DNA of 55,936 nt from positions 1-55,936 of the IMG/VR virus record IMGVR_UViG_3300049205_000038. One strand, given 5' to 3'. The stretch is from a virus. Taxonomy: Duplodnaviria > Caudoviricetes. Both the position numbers and the translations under genes were made by a program. This document shows positions 8,248 to 15,655 of the stretch, piece after piece. Each line of letters opens with the position of its first letter. Positions within the stretch are counted from its first letter, which is position 1. The notes beneath the pieces are model-generated. The model did no database searches and was not told the origin of the DNA. It saw only the letters and a list, made by a program, of their open reading frames with translations.

Positions 8248-8882
8248 TGCCCGACCTGCGCACCGAGCTGGAAAAGTACCTCACCCAGCATGCGAACACC
8301 ATGCCGCCGGACCACCAGTTGAGCTCCTACGCGGCGGTGGTGAAGATCCTCAGCGCCTTCCCCGACGGGCTGACAGCGCCGGAGATCGACGCCCTGAAAC
8401 CCCCGCAGCACACGACGCTCGGGCCCCGGCTGACGGATATGGTGCGGCGTGGCGTGATAGCCCGGGTTCGAACTAAGCCGACGACCCGATCGGCGTTCAA
8501 GGCGGACGGCCGGCGCAATACTCCGAACAACGTGGCGTACCGCTACCAGCTGGCTGACCTGAACCAGCTGCCGGAGACGTGGCTCAAGCCCTTCGTCGCC
8601 ATGCCGCGGGGCGTGCCGAAGACACCCAGCGGCAAGCCGAAACACCACCAGCCGCCAGACCCCTGGCCAGATCAACCCCCCGTGGAGAGCGCCGTGATCC
8701 CTAACCTTGTGGAGCAACCACACTTGACGACGCCGTCCAACCCACCCGCCACTCCTCCCGCTCGCACCATGGTGCAGCCCGGCGACCCGCGGCTGGTGGT
8801 CAACACCGGCGAGCGGACCTACAGTTTCTCACTGGTCCAGGCCAAGGCGCTTTACGAGCAGCTGCGCTTGGTTTTTGGCTGA
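8247..8882 (+). CDS. putative winged-helix DNA-binding protein
   Basis: GLTAPEI...TLGPRLTDMVRRGVI resembles a wHTH; Pro-rich linker. Confidence 0.65.
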   Translation: MPDLRTELEKYLTQHANTMPPDHQLSSYAAVVKILSAFPDGLTAPEIDALKPPQHTTLGPRLTDMVRRGVIARVRTKPTTRSAFKADGRRNTPNNVAYRYQLADLNQLPETWLKPFVAMPRGVPKTPSGKPKHHQPPDPWPDQPPVESAVIPNLVEQPHLTTPSNPPATPPARTMVQPGDPRLVVNTGERTYSFSLVQAKALYEQLRLVFG

Positions 8883-8899
8883 GAAAGTGTAAAGTGCTT

Positions 8900-9068
8900 T
8901 CCATGTCCCTGGCAACGCGCTGGGCATGGCCGTAAGTGGTGAGAGCGGCATATCCGCCACAGTCGGAACGGGGGTCTTACCTTTCCTCCCGGGTCCGTCC
9001 GCCGGCGACGGCGTTAAACCATCGGAGCGGGCCGCGGTTGCGTGCGCGGCCCGCTCCAGTCTATTTTC
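8900..9068 (+). ncRNA. candidate structured small RNA
   Basis: About 200-nt gap with an upstream TTGGTT-16-TAAAGT promoter-like site, several stems and a terminal perfect 13-bp hairpin. Confidence 0.35.
9024..9068 (+). terminator. strong hairpin, probable terminator
   Basis: GGAGCGGGCCGCG/CGCGGCCCGCTCC 13-bp stem, then AGTCTATTTT. Confidence 0.6.
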
Positions 9069-9083
9069 AGTGGAGCTTAGGTC

Positions 9084-9464
9084 TTGGTGACTATCGACAC
9101 GATGCCGCCGCGCATCGCCCAGGTCGTGCGCGACATCAGCGCACAGTTCAACGTCTCGGTGGAGGCGTTGCTCGGCGATCGCCGGATGAAGAACCTCAGT
9201 CTCGCGCGCCACCACATGTGGTGGCGTATCCGCGGGATGACCACGGCTAACGGTGAGCAGTATTCACTCGCCAAGATCGGGCTTATTTTCGGCGTTAACC
9301 ACACCTCGGTGCTGCATGGGGTGAACCGTATCCAGGCGCTGCTGGATGACGCGGCCACAAAGCAGCGGGACTACGAAGCACAGCGGGCGCGGATGCGGGT
9401 GGCGGTGTTCAACAGCGGCGTGGTCGAGGAAGAACCCTTGGCCTCCGATTACGAGGTGGTGTGA
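9084..9464 (+). CDS. stand-alone DnaA C-terminal (domain IV) HTH protein
   Basis: FNVSVEALLGDRR...LARHHMWW...SLAKIGLIFGVNHTSVLHGV matches the Bac_DnaA_C signature. Confidence 0.85.
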   Translation: MVTIDTMPPRIAQVVRDISAQFNVSVEALLGDRRMKNLSLARHHMWWRIRGMTTANGEQYSLAKIGLIFGVNHTSVLHGVNRIQALLDDAATKQRDYEAQRARMRVAVFNSGVVEEEPLASDYEVV

Positions 9465-9733
9465 TGGGTCCAGTGTCGGGACAGCGTAGCGCCATACCAA
9501 CCTTGCTGGGAGGGCCCGGCCTACCGTCGCTGCACCAGCCGGAGCCTGCGCCCAGCATGGTGCACATCTCGATCGAGGTGGCGGTCAACGGGCATCTGAT
9601 CCGCATCACCGACGCCCCGCACAAGGGCCAGCTTGCGACCGCCTATGTCGTGGGCCCGAATGACAACCTGATCGACGTGCTGGCCACCGCCCTGGTGGCC
9701 TTGAAGCTACAGCCGAGGGCGTCTTCCGAGTGA
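9461..9733 (+). CDS. hypothetical protein
   Basis: GTGA overlaps on both sides. Confidence 0.6.
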   Translation: MMGPVSGQRSAIPTLLGGPGLPSLHQPEPAPSMVHISIEVAVNGHLIRITDAPHKGQLATAYVVGPNDNLIDVLATALVALKLQPRASSE

Positions 9734-11652
9734 GCATGATCGACCAATCCAAGCTGCAGTCGTTCGACGTAGAGAGCTGGGGCTCCGGCGATCTCTATGC
9801 GCTGCAGCCGTTCAGGGCCAGGACCGGCGAGGCATGGCTGACCAGCTGCGCCATGGCATGGTTCGAGCAGGACAATGTGCTGGTGCGCACCCACCGTCAG
9901 CCGACCCAGCGGTTGCTGGAGGAGTGGCTGCGCTGGGCGGCCGAGACGAAGACCTACGTCGTCTGCTGGAACGGCCCCTTCGACGTGGCGTGGCTGATCG
10001 CCCTGGGCTTCCGCGAGCTGGTCTACCAGATCAACTGGCTCGACGGCATCCTGCTGCAGCGCCATGTGCTGAACGCGCCCAAGTACCGGCCGATGGGCAA
10101 GCTGTCGATGGGCCTGAAGCAGACCGTCGAGCGGGAGTATCCGAACGAGGCAGGCTACGGCGACAACGCCAACTTCAACCCGCAGACCGAGGAGGAGTGG
10201 GACGCCCTGGTCTTCTACAACGGGCTCGACGCCAAGCACACGCTGACCCTGGCCTGGAAATACCTCAACCTGCTGTCGCCGCAGCAGGTGCGCAACATGC
10301 TGATCGAGGCGCGGTCGATCCCGATGGTGGCGGAGGCTACGGTCGAGGGGATCCCGGTCAATGTGCCGGCGGCGCAGAAGCTGGACGTGGAGCTGGAGCG
10401 CACCGCCGCGGCCAAGTTCGTGGAGCTCAAGCTGCGCGCCAACGTCGAGATCACCGAGGCCCTGCTGCGCTCGCCCAAGCAGCTGCGCGCGCTGCTGTTC
10501 GACCACTGGGGTCTGCTGCCGGTGAAGTGGACCGACCACGCCACCGACCCGCAGCCGTCCACCGACCGGGAGAGCCTGCTGCAGCTGGCCGTGCAGGACA
10601 ACCGGGCGGCGCTGGTCAACGAGTACCGCGAGGCCAACAACAACCGCACCAAGTTCGTGACCGGGGTGCTCGCCAGCTGCGCCTACAACGGCGACGGCAA
10701 GACCCGGCCGGCGGCCAGGATCTTCGGCACCTACACTGGCCGGATGACCTACAGCTCGAAGACCGGGCGCGGGGTGGCCGAGGTGCCGAGCGGCTCACCG
10801 CTGCACCAGTGGAAGCGCGACCCGGCGTTCCGCGACGAGCTGGCCGCGCCGGAGGGCTGGACCCTGCTGGAGTTCGACTTCGCCGGGCAGGAGTTCCGCT
10901 GGATGGCGGTGGAGAGCGGCGACCCGACGATGCTGGGGCTGTGCGGCGACGGTGAAGATGCTCACAGCTATATGGGCGCGCAGTGCACGTCCATGGACTA
11001 CCGCACCCTGCAGCGCATGGTCGAGCAGGGCGACCCCGAGGGCAAGCCGAAGCGCCAGCTGGGCAAGGTCGGGAACCTCAGCCTGCAGTACCGCACATCC
11101 CCTAAGACGCTGGTGCGTGTGGCCGCCGTCCAGCACAAGGTGAAGCTGGAGTTCCTGGAGGCCGAGCACATCTGGAGAACCTACCGCCGCAGCTACAGGC
11201 GGGTGCCGGACTACTGGCGCAGGCAGATATCCCTGGCCAAGCAGCTAGGCTATGTGAAGACGATCGCCGGCCGGCGCGTGCAGCTCGGGTTCCCGGACAG
11301 CTGGGTGTACCGCGACCACGAAGACAACCCCGACGGCGACGCCACATGGGCGCACGAGAGCACGGCCATCAACTTCCCGATCCAGGGGGTCGGGGCCGAC
11401 CAGAAGTACCTCGCCATGCTGGTGTTGCGGGACTACCTGCCGAAGGTCGACGGCCGCTTCGCGTTCGAGCTGCACGACGGGCTGTTCGTATGGGTGCCCG
11501 ACGCGCGCGCCGATCGCGCCGTCGCCGAGATCCGCCACCTGCTCAGCAACCTGCCCTACGAGAAAGCCTGGGGGGTGAAGCTGCCGGTTAAATTCCCTGT
11601 CGACGCCAAGCGCGGCCCGACTTGGGGACAACTCAAAGAGTTGAAAGCCTGA
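9730..11652 (+). CDS. polA: family A DNA polymerase with 3'-5' exonuclease
   Basis: Exo I FDVE, Exo II WNGPFD, Exo III YNGLD; TGRM; motif A DFAGQEFR; motif B RQLGKVGNLSLQY; NFPIQG; motif C LHDG. Confidence 0.95.
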   Translation: MSMIDQSKLQSFDVESWGSGDLYALQPFRARTGEAWLTSCAMAWFEQDNVLVRTHRQPTQRLLEEWLRWAAETKTYVVCWNGPFDVAWLIALGFRELVYQINWLDGILLQRHVLNAPKYRPMGKLSMGLKQTVEREYPNEAGYGDNANFNPQTEEEWDALVFYNGLDAKHTLTLAWKYLNLLSPQQVRNMLIEARSIPMVAEATVEGIPVNVPAAQKLDVELERTAAAKFVELKLRANVEITEALLRSPKQLRALLFDHWGLLPVKWTDHATDPQPSTDRESLLQLAVQDNRAALVNEYREANNNRTKFVTGVLASCAYNGDGKTRPAARIFGTYTGRMTYSSKTGRGVAEVPSGSPLHQWKRDPAFRDELAAPEGWTLLEFDFAGQEFRWMAVESGDPTMLGLCGDGEDAHSYMGAQCTSMDYRTLQRMVEQGDPEGKPKRQLGKVGNLSLQYRTSPKTLVRVAAVQHKVKLEFLEAEHIWRTYRRSYRRVPDYWRRQISLAKQLGYVKTIAGRRVQLGFPDSWVYRDHEDNPDGDATWAHESTAINFPIQGVGADQKYLAMLVLRDYLPKVDGRFAFELHDGLFVWVPDARADRAVAEIRHLLSNLPYEKAWGVKLPVKFPVDAKRGPTWGQLKELKA

Positions 11653-11690
11653 GTGTACATGCTAACCGTTAGGAATGATTGGAGATCCGT

Positions 11691-12164
11691 TTGACTGTCA
11701 TCGCATGGGACGGCGAAACCCTGGCCGCCGATCGGCAAGCTACGAGCGGGGGTTTCAAGTCGCTGAGTTTCCCGAAGATCCACCGGCTGGACGATGGATC
11801 CCTGGTCGCGCCCTGCGGCGCGTCGCCGATGGGTGTGGCGATGATCGCTTGGGCGCGCGCCGGGTTTCCGCCGGACAAGTTCCCCAACGCCGGCCGCAGC
11901 GACACTCAGAACATGTGCTGGCTGGCGGTGATCAAGCCGGACGGTCAGGTCTGGGAGTATCAGGATCTGCCGGTGCCCTTCATGCGCCCTGGCACGAAGA
12001 TGGCGTGGGGCTCGGGGCGCGAAGCTGCGATGGGCGCGATGCTGGCGGGGGCCGATGCGCGGGAGGCGGTGTTGATCGCCAGCGAGATCGACGACGGCTG
12101 CGGCTTCGGCGTCCAGGTCGAGCCGCTGAGGTTCTCCCGTGAACCCTGTGGCGAAGGCGGCTGA
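11691..12164 (+). CDS. HslV/proteasome-type Ntn-hydrolase peptidase
   Basis: A TTG start at 11691 after GGAG gives (M)TVIAWDG..LAADRQ...KI...WGSG...A.GAM, with an N-terminal Thr nucleophile. Confidence 0.75.
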   Translation: MTVIAWDGETLAADRQATSGGFKSLSFPKIHRLDDGSLVAPCGASPMGVAMIAWARAGFPPDKFPNAGRSDTQNMCWLAVIKPDGQVWEYQDLPVPFMRPGTKMAWGSGREAAMGAMLAGADAREAVLIASEIDDGCGFGVQVEPLRFSREPCGEGG

Positions 12165-12507
12165 CGCCCGACGCCTGCTACGACAGGGCCAGCTCATGCT
12201 GGCCCGCCACGAGTTCAGCTGGGAGAAGCACCACGTGAGGATCCTCCTGTGGGAAGCCCAGGAGGGCGGCTGCCTGTGCTGCGGCAAGCAGATGGTCGGC
12301 CGCTACGCCCAGCCCCGCTCAGGGGATCGCGACACCATCGACCACGTGGTGCCCCTTGGAGCCTACGGCCGCGACAAGCTGGGAAATCTGGCGCTGATGA
12401 CCCACCTGTGCAACCAGCGCAAGGGCAGCCGCTGGCCCAACCCTGGCGAGCTGCTGCGGTTGCATCAGATCAACATCAAGTTGGGGTGGCCTGACCCCGA
12501 CCCTTAA
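12139..12507 (+). CDS. HNH endonuclease
   Basis: CLCCG...TIDHVVP...G....NL...HLCNQRKG. Confidence 0.85.
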   Translation: MNPVAKAADARRLLRQGQLMLARHEFSWEKHHVRILLWEAQEGGCLCCGKQMVGRYAQPRSGDRDTIDHVVPLGAYGRDKLGNLALMTHLCNQRKGSRWPNPGELLRLHQINIKLGWPDPDP

Positions 12508-12518
12508 AGGTTAACACC

Positions 12519-12878
12519 ATGCCTGTGGATAAGTACGACCCCACCCTGCAACAGCTGGCTGGTTTGCCGAAGTCCACGTGGCTCTCGATCCAGACTTCCC
12601 TGGACGCCCATTTCAAAACTCACAGCTCGGTATACTCGCTGCCCTGGGACGTGTGGCTGATCTTCGAGCCGCGTATTCCTGACCATGCGGAGTGGGTCGA
12701 GTTACGCAAAGCAGTTACACATGAGCGGGGACGCAGGTTAAAGGCGTTAGAGTATGAGACTAAACGCAAGCCTAGGCGGGTGGCACAGAAGCGGGCGCTC
12801 ACCCATAAATTGAAGCGTCGTCTCTACATGCGCGAATACCGGGCCAAACTTTCGACCAAAACGGATGCAACCAGCTAG
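12519..12878 (+). CDS. hypothetical basic protein
   Basis: AAAGG RBS; lower GC; Arg/Lys-rich C-terminus. Confidence 0.6.
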   Translation: MPVDKYDPTLQQLAGLPKSTWLSIQTSLDAHFKTHSSVYSLPWDVWLIFEPRIPDHAEWVELRKAVTHERGRRLKALEYETKRKPRRVAQKRALTHKLKRRLYMREYRAKLSTKTDATS

Positions 12879-12960
12879 ACCGTAAGGGCGTTTACGGCCT
12901 CGGGGTTGAGGTTGCTCACACTACGGTGTATTGTGTTGTTAGAGAGTTGGGACAGACAGC

Positions 12961-13488
12961 ATGGAATTGAACACCCAGCGGGTGACCGACGCGATCAATC
13001 ACCTGATCGAGGCCCCGAACTACATCGCCCTGGTGCGCGAGCTGAACAAGATCATCGAGACGTGGTCCGACCACCCGATGGTCTACTCCGGCCAGCTGCG
13101 CCACCTCAACGCCTTGATCGACGTGGGCCTGCATAACAAGGCGGCGTTTGACAGGCTGATCAAGCTGGCTGAAGATCGTCGGCGCGCCAGCCCTCGGGCG
13201 AAGCGGACCACGTACCAGCGTGAGCTGATGCGTGATCGCCGATCCCGCGAGGCCAAGTCCCTGGAGCTGCACGAGCAGATCCACGGGCCGCTTCGCGGGG
13301 CGGCGCGCATCGAGTTCCTCGCCAACCTACGGGAACGCTGGCGGGGGGAGCGTGAGCGGTTCATTCAATCCAAGGGGGGCAACGCCTTGGATTGGAAGGG
13401 CCGCAACGACGCCGCCAACGAGTTCTGGTCCATGGTCGATCGCAAGCTCGACATGAACCTCGCCGACACCCGCCGCAAGCGGGCCTGA
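12961..13488 (+). CDS. conserved phage hypothetical protein
   Basis: 175 aa, helical, contains YQRELMR..R; good codon usage. Confidence 0.75.
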   Translation: MELNTQRVTDAINHLIEAPNYIALVRELNKIIETWSDHPMVYSGQLRHLNALIDVGLHNKAAFDRLIKLAEDRRRASPRAKRTTYQRELMRDRRSREAKSLELHEQIHGPLRGAARIEFLANLRERWRGERERFIQSKGGNALDWKGRNDAANEFWSMVDRKLDMNLADTRRKRA

Positions 13489-13554
13489 GACCCGCCGCGT
13501 AAACGGCGGCTGATCGCACCCGGTGATCACGCATCGGGTGCGATCTCATAGGAC

Positions 13555-13582
13555 TTGCATAGTGTTCGCACACCTGTATGGT
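13555..13582 (+). promoter_or_regulatory. putative sigma70 promoter
   Basis: TTGCAT-16 bp-TATGGT in an intergenic gap. Confidence 0.45.
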
Positions 13583-13616
13583 GTTAGCATCTTTACTCTT
13601 TGTTAGGGGATGCTAA

Positions 13617-13940
13617 GTGCAAGCCGACCTGTTCACGGATGAACTGATTGATCATCCGCTCTATAGTGTATTCCGGGATGCGATTTCTCAGTGCGTCGCC
13701 GGTAAAGGCCAGCGTCATGGGGGCGGGTCTGCGCCGTTCCTGAGCCAGCCCTGGCTGCACTACGCGAAGATGCATGGCCGCGGGTTCCTCACCGGACAGG
13801 CGGCCAAGAAACTGGAGGAGGCGGCCAGCAAGCGCGAGGGCCAGCCCTTCATCGACGAGGCCCTGGGCGCGATCGTGTACCTAGGGATGGCTGTCCTGCA
13901 CGAGCGTGCGGCGATCGCCGGCCAGACGGAGCAGAAGTAA
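13617..13940 (+). CDS. small all-alpha protein, possibly MazG/dNTP-pyrophosphatase-like
   Basis: GKGQRH...FLTGQAAKKLEE...EALGAIVY; the fold assignment is inference. Confidence 0.55.
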   Translation: MQADLFTDELIDHPLYSVFRDAISQCVAGKGQRHGGGSAPFLSQPWLHYAKMHGRGFLTGQAAKKLEEAASKREGQPFIDEALGAIVYLGMAVLHERAAIAGQTEQK

Positions 13941-14614
13941 TGGCGAAGGCGTGGTCGTGGTCGGTCATCAATGACTTCGAGACCTGTGAGTGGCGGTACT
14001 ACCTCACCAAGGTGACGAAGGAAGTGGTTGAGCCTCAGTCCGAGGAGATGCGTTGGGGCAATCAAGTCCACAAGGCCCTGGAGCACCGCATCAAAGACAA
14101 TGTTCCGCTGCCTGGGAACATGGTGCAGTACAACCAGATCATGGATCGACTGTTCGCGGCCACGCGTAAGCCTGGGGTGATCTTCTACGCCGAGCAGAAG
14201 CTGGCGCTGAGCTTCGCCTACCAGCCGCGGAGGTTCTTCGACAAGGATGTGTGGGTGCGGGCGATCACCGACCTGACCATCGTCAACGGCGACACCGCCG
14301 CGGTGATCGACTACAAGACCGGCAAGCCGAAGCCGCAGAGCGCGCAGCTGAAGCTCACGGCGGCGGTCACCTTCCACACCTACCCGCAGATCCAGACCAT
14401 CCACAACAGCTTCCTGTGGCTGAACGGCGGCTCGACGCCGAACGAGACCTTCCACCGGGAGGATGTGCCGAAGCTGTGGCAGGAGTTCGCGCCGCGGGTC
14501 CAGCGCCTGGAGGAGGCGCACCAGCAGAACAAGTTCCCCAAGAAACCCTCGGGCCTGTGCAACAAGTGGTGCCCGGTGCCGCACAAGTTGTGTGAGTACA
14601 GGGGCGGCCGCTAA
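13940..14614 (+). CDS. PD-(D/E)XK (Cas4/RecB-like) exonuclease
   Basis: WSWS...FETC, G..VHKALE, E, D, IDYKTG, QL; C-terminal C..WC...C cluster. Confidence 0.9.
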   Translation: MAKAWSWSVINDFETCEWRYYLTKVTKEVVEPQSEEMRWGNQVHKALEHRIKDNVPLPGNMVQYNQIMDRLFAATRKPGVIFYAEQKLALSFAYQPRRFFDKDVWVRAITDLTIVNGDTAAVIDYKTGKPKPQSAQLKLTAAVTFHTYPQIQTIHNSFLWLNGGSTPNETFHREDVPKLWQEFAPRVQRLEEAHQQNKFPKKPSGLCNKWCPVPHKLCEYRGGR

Positions 14615-14937
14615 TGGCCCAAACCCCCGAGGGTAGGGTCAAGGCGGCGATCAAGGTGTGGCTTAAGCTGCAGCCGAACTGCTGGTTCTACATGCCGGTG
14701 AGCAACGGCATGGGAACCATGGGCATCCCCGACATCGTCGGCTGCTACATGGGCATGTTCTTCGCGATCGAAGTGAAAGCCCCCGGCAAGGTGGAGAACA
14801 CCACGCCGCTGCAGAAGATGCAGATCGCCCTGATCAACGGGTCGCACGGCCACGCGATCGTGGCCGACAGCCTGGAGACCGTGAAGGCGCTGTTCGTGCA
14901 GCTGAAGCTGCGCGCCGCGCACTTGACAGTTAGCTAG
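14614..14937 (+). CDS. VRR-NUC domain nuclease (Holliday junction resolvase-like)
   Basis: TPEG.VK...GIPDIV...FFAIEVKAPG...TPLQ. Confidence 0.9.
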   Translation: MAQTPEGRVKAAIKVWLKLQPNCWFYMPVSNGMGTMGIPDIVGCYMGMFFAIEVKAPGKVENTTPLQKMQIALINGSHGHAIVADSLETVKALFVQLKLRAAHLTVS

Positions 14938-14950
14938 TAAAGCGTAATCT
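14923..14950 (+). promoter_or_regulatory. sigma70-type promoter
   Basis: TTGACA-16 bp-TAATCT, with GTTAGC in the spacer. Confidence 0.65.
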
Positions 14951-14978
14951 ACTTAACACTTAACCGAAGGGACTATCC

Positions 14979-15644
14979 ATGACTTCGAAGCTTAAGGCCA
15001 CGCCGAAAACCCGCATGGTCATCGACGATCGCGACGCCATCCGACGGGCGCTGCTGATCCATAAATTCCAGGCCAAGTACGACGTGCTGCGGGCCCGCGA
15101 GAACCTCGCGGCGATCGCCGCCTGGGGTCAGGTCCACACCCCGCACAAGGCCACCATGGACAAGCTGCCCAAGACGGCTTTCAGGGTGGATACCACGGTG
15201 TCCGTCAACGCCGGCGGCTATAGCGCGACGCTGCGGTACGGCGGCGGCCACCGCGGCGGATGGTATTTCGCAGGCAAGCGCAAATTCGGCGCGCCGATCG
15301 AGCTGGAGAGCCCCGCTGAGGGTGTGAGGCTGATCGAGTTCTACGATTTCGGTGCGGTCAATCTCAAGGATCAGATGCTGATCGACGAGGTCCAGGACAT
15401 CTTGACCAAGCAGAACGAGCTCGACGAACAGGTGCAGGACCTGGACACCCGCGTGCAGGCGACGCTGGCCAAGTTCACCACGTTCGAGGCGCTGGAGGAG
15501 GCGTGGCCGGAGATCGAGACGTTCGTCCAGGCGCGGATGAAAGAGCGCGGGATCTATGTCAAGCCGCAGCTCCCGGCCGTGCTGCTGATCGACCTGACCA
15601 AGGATCTGGAGCTGCCGCCCGAGGAAATTAGTCAAGCCGCCTAG
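14979..15644 (+). CDS. Nmad5-like (nucleotide-modification-associated domain 5) protein
   Basis: N-terminal RM...RDAI and C-terminal V.ATL..FTTFEALEEAWPE...LPA signature. Confidence 0.65.
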   Translation: MTSKLKATPKTRMVIDDRDAIRRALLIHKFQAKYDVLRARENLAAIAAWGQVHTPHKATMDKLPKTAFRVDTTVSVNAGGYSATLRYGGGHRGGWYFAGKRKFGAPIELESPAEGVRLIEFYDFGAVNLKDQMLIDEVQDILTKQNELDEQVQDLDTRVQATLAKFTTFEALEEAWPEIETFVQARMKERGIYVKPQLPAVLLIDLTKDLELPPEEISQAA

Positions 15645-15655
15645 GAGTTGCACGC

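Noticed and set aside
9730-11652. Z-genome (DpoZ/PurZ) system
   Set aside because: No PurZ/adenylosuccinate-synthetase-like or DatZ HD gene is recognisable in the window.
12139-12507. HNH gene as part of an intron or mobile element
   Set aside because: It is free-standing, the flanking genes appear uninterrupted, and no intron structure was recognised.
13940-14614. Cas4-like nuclease as a sign of a CRISPR system
   Set aside because: No repeat-spacer array or other cas genes seen; solo PD-(D/E)XK exonucleases are standard in phage replication modules.
14951-14965. TTAAC-ACT-TAAC and similar sites (about 12504) as CtrA boxes
   Set aside because: The spacing does not match the TTAA-N7-TTAA consensus.
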